Part shown: positions 26,229 to 36,431 of the stretch, piece by piece
How the letters are laid out: every line of letters starts with the position of its first letter
Position numbering within the stretch: position 1 is the stretch's first letter
Assembly: GCA_964513735.1 (NCBI GenBank)
Contig: CAZENU010000001.1
Span: forward strand, 3-64,002
DNA: 64,000 nt
Direction: 5' to 3'
From: an uncultured Dehalococcoidia bacterium
GTDB lineage: Bacteria > Chloroflexota > Dehalococcoidia > Lucifugimonadales > CAZENU01
The notes under the pieces: generated by a model
What the model saw: the letters and a program-made list of their open reading frames with translations, nothing else
The model's database searches: none
Told to the model about the DNA's origin: nothing
Made by a program: the position numbers and the translations under genes

Positions 26229-27233
26229 ATGCAGGCAGGCAAGCTGCCGCTCGACATGCTCGCGGGACTTCTGGACCAGATCGAGGTCAAGGACCCGCGG
26301 GTGGTCCTAGGCCCCAGGGCGGGTGAAGACGCCGCCCTGATCGACTTCGGCGATCGGTATCTGGTGGCCAAGACGGACCCGATCACCTTCGCCACCGACC
26401 TGATCGGCTGGTACGTCATCCAGGTCAACGCCAACGACCTGGCCGTCATGGGTGCGACGCCGCGCTGGCTCATGGTCACGCTGCTGCTCCCCGAGGGCAC
26501 CAGCGCAGACTCGGTCGCCGGCATCTTCCAGCAGCTTCGCGAGGCCTGTGCGGCCCTGAACATAACTCTCGTCGGCGGCCACACGGAGATCACCTACGGG
26601 CTGCCGCGTCCGGTGGCGGTGGGCGCGCTGCTGGGGGAGGCGGACAAGGCCGCGGTCGTCCTGACGTCGGGCGTTCAGGCCGGCGACAGCATCGTGCTTA
26701 CCAAGGGCGTCGCCATTGAGGGCACGGCCATTCTCGCGCGCGAGGCGCCCGATGCTCTGGCGGAGGCCGGTGTCGACGTGGGCGTCATAGAGCGGTCGCG
26801 AGAGCTGTTGTTCTCCCCGGGCATCAGCGTGGTGCGCGACGCGTTGGTCGTCCGGTCCGCCGCCACGGTCCACGCGATGCACGACCCTACCGAGGGCGGA
26901 GTCGCCACCGGGCTGCTCGAGATGGCGACCGCAGCGGGCGTCGGGCTGGCCGTCGACGGCGACCGCATACCCATCGTGCCGGAGTGCGCCGAGGTCTGCC
27001 GCGCGCTGGGGCTGGACCCCCTCGGCCTGATAGCCTCGGGCTCCCTATTGGCCGCGGTCGCCCCGCAGGACGGTCCCCGCGTCGTCGCAGCGTTGGCCGA
27101 AGCGGGCATCGCCGCCGCCGAGATAGGCCGTGCAACGGACGCCGGGGAGGGTCTGAAGCTCAGCGATCCGGACGGCGGCCGGGACCTGCCGCGCTTCGAC
27201 CGCGACGAACTGGCCCGCTACTTCGGCCGGTAG
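26229..27233 (+). CDS. AIR-synthase-related (PurM/HypE/ThiL-fold) protein
   Basis: GEDAALI...AKTDP...NDLAVMGA N-domain motifs and a GHTE core. Confidence 0.8.
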   Translation: MQAGKLPLDMLAGLLDQIEVKDPRVVLGPRAGEDAALIDFGDRYLVAKTDPITFATDLIGWYVIQVNANDLAVMGATPRWLMVTLLLPEGTSADSVAGIFQQLREACAALNITLVGGHTEITYGLPRPVAVGALLGEADKAAVVLTSGVQAGDSIVLTKGVAIEGTAILAREAPDALAEAGVDVGVIERSRELLFSPGISVVRDALVVRSAATVHAMHDPTEGGVATGLLEMATAAGVGLAVDGDRIPIVPECAEVCRALGLDPLGLIASGSLLAAVAPQDGPRVVAALAEAGIAAAEIGRATDAGEGLKLSDPDGGRDLPRFDRDELARYFGR

Positions 27234-27320
27234 GCTGGACTTGGCAACCCGGTGCTCGGGCTCCGAAAGCGGTATCCGGACGGCCCAGGGGCGCTTGAAT
27301 CGCTGACACACGGGAGTCCC

Positions 27321-27530
27321 CCTCGACAGGCTCCTTCGATACGCCTCGATGTCGCATGGGGCTATTCAGGACGAACGGATGTGGGGCTTCCGTACATGGT
27401 GAGCCTCTTCTACAGGATCGAGACAGGCTTCCTTCGATACGCCCAGGTGCCGCATCGTGGCTACTCAGGGTGAACGGATGTGGGGCCTCCGTACGTGGCG
27501 AGCCCCTTCGACAGGCTTGTCGAACCACAG
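27321..27530. repeat. tandem (about 2.2 copies, period 97 then 88 bp) intergenic repeat; same family as 505-596
   Basis: The anchor gacagg recurs at 27325, 27422 and 27510. Units align over ccttcgatacgcc...gct-a-tcagg-gaacggatgtgggg-c-tccgtac-tgg-gagcc. Confidence 0.75.
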
Positions 27531-27607
27531 CGCATCTCCGCGAAGCCCTGGGATACGAATCACCCTGCTGGACCGGGCGAAAATGCTGGACTGGCCTAGC
27601 GCGCTCT

Positions 27608-27616
27608 GCTAAACTG
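27608..27616 (+). promoter_or_regulatory. candidate extended -10 element TGCTAAACT
   Basis: Same 9-mer as at 421-429 (minus strand); 135 nt upstream of the PIG-L gene. Confidence 0.3.
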
Positions 27617-27644
27617 CACCCGCGATCAGAAGGCGACTCCGACT

Positions 27645-27685
27645 CAGGCCTCCCCTGCTAGCAAGTTAGGGAGGCTGTCTTTTGT
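27645..27685 (+). terminator. hairpin plus U-run (intrinsic terminator or attenuator-like)
   Basis: GCCTCCC (27648-27654) pairs with GGGAGGC (27669-27675), extended by CA/TG, and is followed by TGTCTTTTGT. Confidence 0.4.
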
Positions 27686-27749
27686 CAGGCCCAAAGCCGG
27701 ACAGCCCGTCCTTGACGAAGCCCTAATCCGAGGGCACAGGTGTACCCAG

Positions 27750-28472
27750 ATGGAACAGGAGCAAGAGTTCAATCGGGCCATGGTGGTGGTGGCCCACGCG
27801 GATGACGCCGAGTACGGCTGCTCGGGCACCGTGGCCAAGTGGTGCGCGTACGGGTGGAAGGTCGTCTACGTCATCTGCACCGACGGCAGCAAGGGCGGCA
27901 GCGATCGCGAGATGACTCAGGAGCGGCTTTCGGCGATCAGACGCGAGGAGCAGACCAACGCGGGCAAGGTCCTGGGCATCGCCGACGTGGCGTTCTTGGA
28001 CTACGAGGATAGCAAGCTGGAGCCGACGCTGGACCTCCGCCGCGACATCGCTCGGGAGATACGCCAGCATCGGCCGGACGTTCTCGTCTGCCCCTACCCG
28101 ATGCGGAACCTCGATGGCGCCGGCTGGGGCGTGGGCCATCCCGACCATCTGGCGGCCGGCGAGGCGGCGCTCTCGGCCGTGTTTCCCACTGCACGCGATC
28201 ACATGACCTTTCCCGAGATGCTCGAGGAAGGACTGGAGCCGCACAAGGTCGCGGAGGTCTGGGTCATGGGGCACCCCCAGCCCGACCACTGGGTCGACGT
28301 CACAGACCATATAGACACGTCGGCCAAGGCCCTGGCCCAGCACGTGTCCCAGATCGGCGAAAGACCGGCCGACGAGCTAGCGGAGATGATGAGGCGTGGC
28401 CGGCGCGATCGCGCCATAGGCAAGGGGATGCAGTACGCCGAGGGCTTCCGGAGAATCGTCTACGGGCGCTAG
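27750..28472 (+). CDS. PIG-L / LmbE family deacetylase
   Basis: AH(A/P)DDAE motif (VVAHADDAEYG) and the HPDH zinc motif. Confidence 0.85.
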   Translation: MEQEQEFNRAMVVVAHADDAEYGCSGTVAKWCAYGWKVVYVICTDGSKGGSDREMTQERLSAIRREEQTNAGKVLGIADVAFLDYEDSKLEPTLDLRRDIAREIRQHRPDVLVCPYPMRNLDGAGWGVGHPDHLAAGEAALSAVFPTARDHMTFPEMLEEGLEPHKVAEVWVMGHPQPDHWVDVTDHIDTSAKALAQHVSQIGERPADELAEMMRRGRRDRAIGKGMQYAEGFRRIVYGR

Positions 28473-28527
28473 GCAGGCCCGTTCAGCCACGATTGCCTAC
28501 ACCAGGCGCACTTGGCCGCAAGAATGG

Positions 28528-28557
28528 TTGACACCGCAATAGGGCCGTTCGTATAAT
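28528..28557 (+). promoter_or_regulatory. consensus sigma70 promoter of the str operon (TTGACA-N18-TATAAT)
   Basis: TTGACA at 28528-28533 and TATAAT at 28552-28557, about 75 nt upstream of rpsL. Confidence 0.6.
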
Positions 28558-28633
28558 ACTGTTTTGGCGCCTAGCAGGGCGTCCGGTGGGAGTGCGCCTC
28601 CCAATCCTGTATTGTTGGGACTGGAATTACCTG

Positions 28634-29044
28634 ATGCCAACCGTCAATCAGCTTGTGCGAAAAGGCAGGCGCTCCAAGCGGCGCAAGGACAAGGCCGCGG
28701 CCTTGAGGTACTCGTTCAACTCTCTCAAGAACACAACGACGAGGAACTCCGGTTCGCCGCAGAAGCGAGGGGTCTGCATTCTCGTCAGGACGCAGACGCC
28801 GAGGAAGCCGAACTCCGCCCTTCGCAAGGTCGCCAGGGTGCGGCTTACCAACGGCATGGAAGTCACCGCCTACATACCGGGGGAGGGGCACAATCTTCAG
28901 GAGCACTCTGTGGTCCTGATACGAGGCGGCAGAGTCAAAGACCTCCCGGGCGTGCGCTACCACATCGTCAGAGGTGCGCTCGACACCTCGGGAGTAGACG
29001 ACCGCAAGCGCGGCCGCAGCAAGTACGGCACCAAGCGGTCGTAG
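28634..29044 (+). CDS. rpsL: 30S ribosomal protein S12
   Basis: [11 protein letters not shown]..., [11 protein letters not shown]-like segment, [13 protein letters not shown]. The first 16 codons of the ORF-track version are rejected. Confidence 0.97.
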   Translation: MPTVNQLVRKGRRSKRRKDKAAALRYSFNSLKNTTTRNSGSPQKRGVCILVRTQTPRKPNSALRKVARVRLTNGMEVTAYIPGEGHNLQEHSVVLIRGGRVKDLPGVRYHIVRGALDTSGVDDRKRGRSKYGTKRS

Positions 29045-29069
29045 CGCGGCTATCTTAGAAGGCAGGTAG

Positions 29070-29540
29070 ATGGCAAGACGAAGACGAGCGGAGAAGCGTC
29101 GCATCAAGGCCGACCCCAACTACGGGGACGTGGATCTGGCGCGCTTTATCAACCGCATCATGCGCCACGGCAAGCGGACGACCGCCCAGAGGATCGTCTA
29201 CAAGGCGCTGCAGCAAATCGAGGAGCAGGCCAGGCAGACAGGCATGGACGTCTTCAGGCAGGCGCTGAGAAACGCCGCGCCCGCCGTCGAGGTCAGGTCC
29301 CGCCGGGTCGGAGGCGCAACCTACCAGGTGCCGCGCGAGATTCGCACCGAGCGGCAGCTCTCCCTTTCGATCAAATGGCTGGCCATCGCAGCACAGGCAC
29401 GGACCGGGCGGCCAATGGCAGAGCGGCTGGCACAAGAGCTTATCGAAGCCTCGCGTGGCCAGGGAGCGGCCGTCAAGCGGAAAGAGGACCTGCACCGTAT
29501 GGCCGACGCCAACCGCGCTTTCGCTCACTACCGCTGGTGA
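29070..29540 (+). CDS. rpsG: 30S ribosomal protein S7
   Basis: DPNYGD..., KRTTAQRIVY, RVGGATYQVP, and C-terminal AFAHYRW. Confidence 0.97.
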   Translation: MARRRRAEKRRIKADPNYGDVDLARFINRIMRHGKRTTAQRIVYKALQQIEEQARQTGMDVFRQALRNAAPAVEVRSRRVGGATYQVPREIRTERQLSLSIKWLAIAAQARTGRPMAERLAQELIEASRGQGAAVKRKEDLHRMADANRAFAHYRW

Positions 29541-29579
29541 TATCCGTCCCTATATCACCTCCCTAGTCCTTGATAAACT

Positions 29580-31634
29580 ATGTCCACCGAACCCGAAATC
29601 CGTTCCACGCGCAATATAGGTTTCATCGCCCACATAGACGCCGGCAAGACCACGGTAACTGAGCGCGTGCTGTTTTTTACAGGGCGTATCTACAAGATCG
29701 GCGGAGTGGACGAAGGCACCACGGCGATGGACTGGATGGCCCAGGAGAAAGAACGCGGGATCACGATCACGTCCGCGGCCACGACCTGTCAGTGGAAACA
29801 GTACACGATCAACATAATAGACACGCCCGGGCACGTCGACTTCACGGCGGAGGTCGAGCGTAGTCTGAGGATACTCGACGGTGGCGTGGTCATCTTCGAC
29901 GCCGTCGCGGCTGTCCAACCGCAATCCGAGACGGTATGGCGTCAGGCGGACCGGTACAACATCCCCCGTATCTGCTTCGTAAATAAGATGGACCGCGTGG
30001 GTGCCAACTTTCAGGGCACCATCGACAGCATCGCCCACAGGCTTCAGGCAAGCCCCGTCGCGATCCAGATTCCAGTGGGCATCGAGAACTCGTTCCGCGG
30101 CGTCGTCGACCTGATCGAGGGCAAGTCGTGGGTCTACGACCCTGAGGTATCTAGTCCGCCGGTCGAGGGGCCTGTGCCCGAAGAGATGATCGAAGAGTAT
30201 CGCGCCTACAGGGACTTGATGGTCGAGAAGGTCGCCGAGACTGACGACGATCTGATCGTCAAGTATCTCGAGGGCAACGAGATCAGCAAGGAAGAGATCA
30301 AGAGCGCACTGAGAAAAGCGACCATCGACTACCGCCTGGTGCCAGTCACCTGCGGCAGCGCCGTCCGGAACACCGGCGTCCAGCCGCTCATCGACGCGAT
30401 AGGAGACTACCTCCCATCGCCCCTAGACGTACCGGCGATCACCGGCAGAGACTACCGGACCGACGCTGAGGTGACGCGCGAGCCGACCACCGATGCGCCC
30501 TTCGTAGCGCTGGCATTCAAGGCCGTCGCCGACCCTTTCATCGGCAGGCTGGTCTACTTCCGGGTCTATTCGGGCAAGGCCAACTCCGGGTCCATGATCT
30601 TCAACGCAACCAATGGCAGGCGGGAGCGTCTGGGGAGAGTCGTCCAGTTGCACGCTCAACACCGAGAGGACCTGGCCGAAGTCAAGGTCGGCGACATCGC
30701 GGCGGCCGTCGGTCTGAAGCGGACCTCCACCGGCGACACTCTCTGCGACGAAGACGCCCCCATCGTGCTCGAGACCATCACCTTCCCTGAACCGGTCATG
30801 TCCGTCGCCATCGAGCCCAAGACTCGAGCCGACCAGGACCGCCTCACCGACGCACTGCTGAAGCTCGCAGACGAGGACCCGACCCTGCAGATCAGCCAGG
30901 ACGAGGAGGTTGGGCAGACGGTCATGTCAGGCATGGGAGAGTTGCATCTAGAGATCATCGTCGACCGTATGAGGCGCGAGTACAAGGTAGAAGCCAACGT
31001 CGGCCAGCCGCGGGTTGGATATCGCGAGGCGATAACGCGGCCGAGCAAGGCAGAGGGGCGCCTCGTCCGTCAGACTGGCGGACACGGGCAGTACGGCCAC
31101 GTCTGGCTGGAGATCGAGCCCCTAGAGCGCGGCTCAGGACTGGTGTTCGAGGACAGGATCAGGGGGGGCGCCATCCCGAGGGAGTACATCTCGTCGGTCG
31201 AGAAGGGAGTCCAGGACGCCCTGGACTCCGGCCCGCTCTCCGGCTTTCCCGTCGTCGACGTAAAGGTGATGCTGGTGGACGGGAGCTACCACGAGGTCGA
31301 CTCCTCGGAGATGGCGTTTCGGGTCGCCGGGTCAATGGCCGCGAAAGAGGCCGTGCGAAAAGGCAACCCGGCACTCCTCGAGCCCGTCATGGCGCTGGAG
31401 ATCGTCTCACCCGGCGAGTTCCTGGGGGAGATCCTGTCCGAGCTGGGCCGCCGCCGCGCGACGATCAGAGGAATCGAGGGCCAGGGCGAGATTCAGGTCG
31501 TCAAGGCGAGGATACCACTGAGTGAGAGCTTCGGATATGCAACCGCCCTCAGATCTCTAACGCAGGGTAGGGCCAGCCACACCCTGGAGTTCGATCGCTA
31601 CGAAGAGGCTGTGAAGCAGCCGGTCGCCGTATAG
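29580..31634 (+). CDS. fusA: elongation factor G
   Basis: GTPase motifs [14 protein letters not shown] and NKMD; 684 aa; located in the str operon. Confidence 0.97.
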   Translation: MSTEPEIRSTRNIGFIAHIDAGKTTVTERVLFFTGRIYKIGGVDEGTTAMDWMAQEKERGITITSAATTCQWKQYTINIIDTPGHVDFTAEVERSLRILDGGVVIFDAVAAVQPQSETVWRQADRYNIPRICFVNKMDRVGANFQGTIDSIAHRLQASPVAIQIPVGIENSFRGVVDLIEGKSWVYDPEVSSPPVEGPVPEEMIEEYRAYRDLMVEKVAETDDDLIVKYLEGNEISKEEIKSALRKATIDYRLVPVTCGSAVRNTGVQPLIDAIGDYLPSPLDVPAITGRDYRTDAEVTREPTTDAPFVALAFKAVADPFIGRLVYFRVYSGKANSGSMIFNATNGRRERLGRVVQLHAQHREDLAEVKVGDIAAAVGLKRTSTGDTLCDEDAPIVLETITFPEPVMSVAIEPKTRADQDRLTDALLKLADEDPTLQISQDEEVGQTVMSGMGELHLEIIVDRMRREYKVEANVGQPRVGYREAITRPSKAEGRLVRQTGGHGQYGHVWLEIEPLERGSGLVFEDRIRGGAIPREYISSVEKGVQDALDSGPLSGFPVVDVKVMLVDGSYHEVDSSEMAFRVAGSMAAKEAVRKGNPALLEPVMALEIVSPGEFLGEILSELGRRRATIRGIEGQGEIQVVKARIPLSESFGYATALRSLTQGRASHTLEFDRYEEAVKQPVAV

Positions 31635-31641
31635 GCAGCAA

Positions 31642-31968
31642 ATGACAACAGCAACACCAATAGCAAATCAGAAGATCCGAGTCATCCTAAAGGCGTTCGA
31701 TCATCGCATCCTGGACCTTTCCGCGGTCCAGATCGTGGAGGCCGCCGAGCGCACGGGCGCCCAGGTGACCGGCCCGGTGCCGTTGCCCACGAGCATCAAG
31801 CGTTTCTGTGTCATCAGAGGGCCGCACGTCCACAAAGACGGGCGAGAGCATTTCGAGATCCGCACGCACAATCGCCTCATCGACATCATCAAACCTACTT
31901 CCAAGACCATCGACTCTCTCACCCGGCTCAACGTTCCCGCCGGCGTGCACGTCTCAATCAAGCTATAG
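31642..31968 (+). CDS. rpsJ: 30S ribosomal protein S10
   Basis: [14 protein letters not shown]...GPVPLPT. Confidence 0.97.
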   Translation: MTTATPIANQKIRVILKAFDHRILDLSAVQIVEAAERTGAQVTGPVPLPTSIKRFCVIRGPHVHKDGREHFEIRTHNRLIDIIKPTSKTIDSLTRLNVPAGVHVSIKL

Positions 31969-31978
31969 CCAGATATCC

Positions 31979-32614
31979 ATGACTATCAACGGGCTGCTGG
32001 GAAAGAAAATAGGCACGTCGCAGGTCTTCCGGAAGGATGGCGAGGCGGTGTGCGTTACGGCCGTCAGGACCGGGCCCTGCACCGTGACACAGGTGAAGAC
32101 CGCGACCAAAGACGGCTATGACGCAGTACAGCTCGGCTTTGAGGAGATCAAGCGACTGCGTAACAAGCCCCGAGAGGGTCACCTTGGTCCCTCAGGCAAA
32201 CTTTTCCGCCACCTGCGTGAATTCGAGGTGGAGGACATCGCCGAAATGGAGGTAGGCGCCGAGATCGACGCCGCTCTGTTCGAGCCGGGAGACATAGTCG
32301 CGGTCACGGGTCTCTCGAAAGGCCGCGGATTCGCCGGCGGTGTGAAGCGCCACGGCTTCCATGGCGGTCCCAAGACCCACGGACAGTCGGACCGGCACCG
32401 CGCGCCGGGCTCCATCGGGGCCGGCACCACGCCGGGTCGCGTGCTCAAAGGGCACAAGATGGCAGGGCATATGGGCAATGCGCAGATCACCGTCAAGAAC
32501 CTGGAGATCGTCAAGACCGACCCGGCGAGGAACCTGCTGCTCGTAAAAGGCGCCGTCCCGGGGGCGCGGAATTCGCTGCTTGTGATCCGCAAGACCGGAA
32601 AGCGAGAAGGTTAG
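31979..32614 (+). CDS. rplC: 50S ribosomal protein L3
   Basis: MTINGLLGKKIGTSQVF..., FAGGVKRHGFHGGPKTHGQSDRHRAPGSIG. Confidence 0.97.
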   Translation: MTINGLLGKKIGTSQVFRKDGEAVCVTAVRTGPCTVTQVKTATKDGYDAVQLGFEEIKRLRNKPREGHLGPSGKLFRHLREFEVEDIAEMEVGAEIDAALFEPGDIVAVTGLSKGRGFAGGVKRHGFHGGPKTHGQSDRHRAPGSIGAGTTPGRVLKGHKMAGHMGNAQITVKNLEIVKTDPARNLLLVKGAVPGARNSLLVIRKTGKREG

Positions 32615-32618
32615 ACCG

Positions 32619-33299
32619 ATGCAGTTGCGGCTCTGGAACCAGCACGGGAAGTCGGTAGGTAACGTCCAGGTCCGCGACGACGTATTCGGCGCGCCATCGA
32701 ACCGGGCACTGGTCCACCAGGTCGTCGTAGGCCAGTTGGCCAATGCGCGAGTAGGCACGGCAGCCACGAAGAACCGCGCGAGAGTTTCCGGAGGCGGCAG
32801 GAAGCCCAGGCCTCAGAAGGGCACGGGAGTGGCAAGGCAGGGCTCGATTCGATCGCCCCACTACAGGGGAGGCGGGGTCGTCTTCGGCCCCGACCCTCGC
32901 AGCTTCCGCCAGAACACGCCCCGGAGGATGAGGCGCCAGTCCCTGGTGGCTTCGCTGTCCGACAAGGTCAGGGACGACGAGCTCATCATCGTCGACCAGT
33001 TCAGTCTCGACACTCCGAAGACCTCGCAGATGGTTGCGGTGCTCGAATCCCTCGACGCCGGGCCGAACGCCATCCTCGTAGCAGATGGATCAGACGCCAA
33101 TCTCCTAAGGTCGGCGCGGAATATTCCCAATTTGAGAATGCTGCCTGTCTCTCTACTCAACACACTGGCCCTCGTGAAGCACCGGAAGATCGTCATGACA
33201 CTGGAGGCGGTGCGCAGGGCGGAAGAGCTCTGGGGTGGGGTGGCAAAACGGCCCTCCAGGGGCCGCGTGGCCGCTTCAAGCGAGGCTGCGACGCCATGA
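32619..33299 (+). CDS. rplD: 50S ribosomal protein L4 (about 25 aa longer than the E. coli protein at the C-terminus)
   Basis: GGGRKPRPQKGTGVARQGSIRSPHYRGGGVVFGP. Confidence 0.96.
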   Translation: MQLRLWNQHGKSVGNVQVRDDVFGAPSNRALVHQVVVGQLANARVGTAATKNRARVSGGGRKPRPQKGTGVARQGSIRSPHYRGGGVVFGPDPRSFRQNTPRRMRRQSLVASLSDKVRDDELIIVDQFSLDTPKTSQMVAVLESLDAGPNAILVADGSDANLLRSARNIPNLRMLPVSLLNTLALVKHRKIVMTLEAVRRAEELWGGVAKRPSRGRVAASSEAATP

Positions 33300-33580
33300 A
33301 CCTGACCGATATATTACTCAGGCCCGTAGTCACCGAGAAGACGACCGACTTGCAGGAGCGCGGCCGGTATACGTTCGAGGTGGCCCCTGGTGCCACGAAG
33401 CTGCAGGTCAAGCAGGCCGTCGAGACCACGTTCGGTGTCAACGTGATCAAGGTCAATACGATGAACGTCAAGGGCAAGCGCAAGCGCTTCGGCCCAAGGC
33501 TCGTGGCCCGACGCTCACGGAAGAAAGCGGTCGTCACGGTGGCGGCCGGGCAGTCCATCACTATATTCGAGGGCGTATAG
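33296..33580 (+). CDS. rplW: 50S ribosomal protein L23
   Basis: LLRPVVTEKT...; ATGA overlap with the rplD stop. Confidence 0.96.
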   Translation: MNLTDILLRPVVTEKTTDLQERGRYTFEVAPGATKLQVKQAVETTFGVNVIKVNTMNVKGKRKRFGPRLVARRSRKKAVVTVAAGQSITIFEGV

Positions 33581-34411
33581 ATGCCACTTAACGCTGTCAA
33601 ACCGACGACTCCGGGCCGCCGTGGCGCCGTATTCCAGACCAACGACGACATCACGAGCACGACGCCCAAGAAGTCTCTGCTCAGGCCGCTGAAGAAACGG
33701 GCCGGCCGCGCTCGCAACGGACGGGTCACGGTCCGGCACCGCGGCGGCGGGCACAAGCGGCGCTATCGTGTTATCGACTACAAGCGCAACAAGAATGGCG
33801 TGCCCGGCGAGGTCGCAACGATCGAATACGACCCCAACCGGTCGGCCAGGATCGCGCTGATCAAGTACATGGATGGGGACTGGCGCTACATCATCGCACC
33901 GAACGGTGTCACCGTCGGTACCCGGATCGAGGCGGGTGAGAACGCCAGGATAGCCCCGGGCAACGCCCTTCCGCTGCGGGTAATCCCAACGGGCACCATG
34001 GTGCATAACATCGAGCTGAAGGTCGGCCGCGGCGGGCAGATCGTACGCAGCGCCGGCAGCTCGGCGCAGGTCCTGGCAAAGGAAGGCACCTACACGCTGA
34101 TCAGGCTACCCTCGGGAGAGGTCCGCCAGGTGCTCAGTGAATGTATGGCCACGGTGGGCCAGGTGAGCGCGGTCGATCACAAGAACGTCAAGCTAGGCAA
34201 GGCGGGGCGCAAGCGCCACATGGGGCGCAGGCCCGGGGTCAGAGGCGTGGCGATGGCCCCCAGCGACCATCCCCACGGCGGCGGTGAGGGCAAGTCGCCG
34301 GTGGGCATGCCGGGACCGAAGACTCCGTGGGGGAAGCCCGCCCTCGGCTATCGCACGCGACGAAACAAGTCCACCGATCGGTTCATTTCGACCCGCCGGT
34401 ACGATCGATAG
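33581..34411 (+). CDS. rplB: 50S ribosomal protein L2
   Basis: [15 protein letters not shown]..., [11 protein letters not shown]. Confidence 0.97.
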   Translation: MPLNAVKPTTPGRRGAVFQTNDDITSTTPKKSLLRPLKKRAGRARNGRVTVRHRGGGHKRRYRVIDYKRNKNGVPGEVATIEYDPNRSARIALIKYMDGDWRYIIAPNGVTVGTRIEAGENARIAPGNALPLRVIPTGTMVHNIELKVGRGGQIVRSAGSSAQVLAKEGTYTLIRLPSGEVRQVLSECMATVGQVSAVDHKNVKLGKAGRKRHMGRRPGVRGVAMAPSDHPHGGGEGKSPVGMPGPKTPWGKPALGYRTRRNKSTDRFISTRRYDR

Positions 34412-34429
34412 GGTTACGGGAGCGCAGCG

Positions 34430-34720
34430 ATGTCCAGGTCGATCAAGAAGGGACCCTTCGTAGAAGTGAAGCTGGCCAAGAAAGTGGAGGCCGCCCGACG
34501 CAGCAGTAGTCGCGTGGTCATCATTACCTGGTCGAGGGCGTCGATGATAATGCCCGACATGCTCGGGCTGACGATCGCAGTCCACGACGGCCGGCGCCAT
34601 GTGCCCGTGTTCATCTCGGAGAACATGGTGGGACACCGGCTCGGCGAGTTCGCGCCGACGAGGACGTTCCGCGGCCACTCGACGAGGTCGGAGCGGACGA
34701 CGACGATCGAGCCTCGTTAG
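34430..34720 (+). CDS. rpsS: 30S ribosomal protein S19
   Basis: [11 protein letters not shown]..., [28 protein letters not shown]. Confidence 0.97.
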   Translation: MSRSIKKGPFVEVKLAKKVEAARRSSSRVVIITWSRASMIMPDMLGLTIAVHDGRRHVPVFISENMVGHRLGEFAPTRTFRGHSTRSERTTTIEPR

Positions 34721-34740
34721 GTAATACAGGAGCAGACGAG

Positions 34741-35091
34741 TTGGCCGCAACAGCGACCGCAAAAGACACGGGCATCTCCGTAAAGAAGATCAAGCCCATC
34801 ATCGACCTGGTGCGCGGTAAGAAGGTCGATGAGGCGCTGGAGATTCTGCAGTTCCGCCCGAGCCCTATTGCCAGACAGGTGGCGAAGCTGGTCCGGTCGG
34901 CGACCGCCAATGCCGAGAACGAGTTCGTGGCGCGGGCAACCGATCTGAAGATCGTCGAGATATATGCTAACGAGGGCACGCGACTGACCCGGTTCAGGGC
35001 CCGAGCCCGTGGCAGGGCGGCGAGGATCAATAGGCGCAACAGCCACATCACGGTGGTGGTTGACGAACAGGAGCAGGACCTTGGGGAATAA
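34741..35091 (+). CDS. rplV: 50S ribosomal protein L22
   Basis: SVKKIKPIIDLVRGKKVDEAL; TTG start. Confidence 0.95.
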   Translation: MAATATAKDTGISVKKIKPIIDLVRGKKVDEALEILQFRPSPIARQVAKLVRSATANAENEFVARATDLKIVEIYANEGTRLTRFRARARGRAARINRRNSHITVVVDEQEQDLGE

Positions 35092-35818
35092 GACTCACCC
35101 CGTCGGCTTCCGGCTAGGCATCGTCAAGGACTGGCAGGGCAAGTGGTTTGCCGCGAAGGCGAACGAGTACCGCGCCCTGGTGGGCGAGGACCTTTCGATT
35201 CGCAACACGATAATGCGCGCCTATCCAGACGCCGGTGTCTCCCGCGTCGAGATCGAGCGCGGGTCCACCGACGTGGTGATCACCATCCACACCGCCAGGC
35301 CCGGCATCGTCATCGGCCGCGGCGGCCAGAAGGTTGAAGAGATCCGCAAGATTCTCGAGGCGCTGACTGAGAGGCGGGCCCGCCTCAACGTGCAGGAGAT
35401 ACGTCAGCCGGAGCTGGACGCTCAGCTCGTCGCGCGCAACGTGGCCGACCAACTGCTGCGCAAGATCGCCTACCGCAGGGCCATCAGGCAGGCGGTGACG
35501 AGGACGATGCAGGCCGGGGCCCAGGGCATCAAGATAGTATGCTCCGGCCGGCTCGGCGGCGCGGACATCGCTCGCAAAGAGAAGGCGATGGAAGGCCGGG
35601 TGCCGCTCCATACTCTGAGAGCCGACATAGACTACAGCTACTCCGAGGCGCTCACCGACTTCGGCGTGATCGGGGTCAAGGTCTGGATATTCAAGGGCGA
35701 GATCCTTCCTCAGGCCAAAGAGCAAGAAGAAAAGGAAATGGCCCCGATTGAGGTCACGGTGAAACCAGAAGAGGCTATCGAGGATGCTCCAACCGAAGAG
35801 AGTCAAATACCGGAATAA
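35081..35818 (+). CDS. rpsC: 30S ribosomal protein S3 (short acidic C-terminal extension)
   Basis: (M)[26 protein letters not shown] 35081 follows AGGAGCAGG. Overlaps rplV by 11 nt and rplP by 35 nt. Confidence 0.93.
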   Translation: MGNKTHPVGFRLGIVKDWQGKWFAAKANEYRALVGEDLSIRNTIMRAYPDAGVSRVEIERGSTDVVITIHTARPGIVIGRGGQKVEEIRKILEALTERRARLNVQEIRQPELDAQLVARNVADQLLRKIAYRRAIRQAVTRTMQAGAQGIKIVCSGRLGGADIARKEKAMEGRVPLHTLRADIDYSYSEALTDFGVIGVKVWIFKGEILPQAKEQEEKEMAPIEVTVKPEEAIEDAPTEESQIPE

Positions 35819-36197
35819 GCAGCGCGGCCGCCGCAAGGGCCTTGCCGTCACCGGAAGCTCCCTCAACTTCGGTGAGTACGGGCTCAAGGCGGTGGGACCT
35901 GCCTGGTTGACCTCGCGGCAGATCGAGGCTGCACGCCGCGTCATCACCAGGTATACCCGCCGAGGTGGCAAGCTCTGGATTCGCGTGTTCCCCGATAAGT
36001 CGGTGACCGCTCGCGCGGCCGAGACCCGGATGGGCAGCGGGAAGGGCGCCGTCGACCACTGGGTGGCCGTCGTCAAACCGGGTCGTGTGCTCTTCGAGAT
36101 GGCCGGCGTGACGGAGAGCGAGGCTAAGAAGGCGCTTCATCTCGCTTCGGCCAAACTGCCGGTCCCTACGAAGATTGTAATCAGGCAAGAATTCTAG
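35784..36197 (+). CDS. rplP: 50S ribosomal protein L16
   Basis: [16 protein letters not shown]..., typical 137 aa. Confidence 0.97.
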   Translation: MLQPKRVKYRNKQRGRRKGLAVTGSSLNFGEYGLKAVGPAWLTSRQIEAARRVITRYTRRGGKLWIRVFPDKSVTARAAETRMGSGKGAVDHWVAVVKPGRVLFEMAGVTESEAKKALHLASAKLPVPTKIVIRQEF

Positions 36198-36227
36198 TCG
36201 CGCTTAGCCAAGAGGGCTTATTCAAGG

Positions 36228-36431
36228 ATGGAGATCGACGACCTTAGAGCACTGACCAACGCGGAGCTCGCAGAAGAGCTGGAAGAGTCGCGGCGAGGAC
36301 TGATGAACCTCCGGTTCCGCGATGCGACCATGCAGCTGGCCAACGTCCGTGAAATCAAGAAGCTACGCAAGCGAATCGCCAGGATGAATACCTTAATGCG
36401 TGAACGACAACTCGCCGAGGCGGCACAATGA
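36228..36431 (+). CDS. rpmC: 50S ribosomal protein L29
   Basis: 67 aa, LRALTNAELAEELEESRRGLMNLRF. Confidence 0.95.
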   Translation: MEIDDLRALTNAELAEELEESRRGLMNLRFRDATMQLANVREIKKLRKRIARMNTLMRERQLAEAAQ

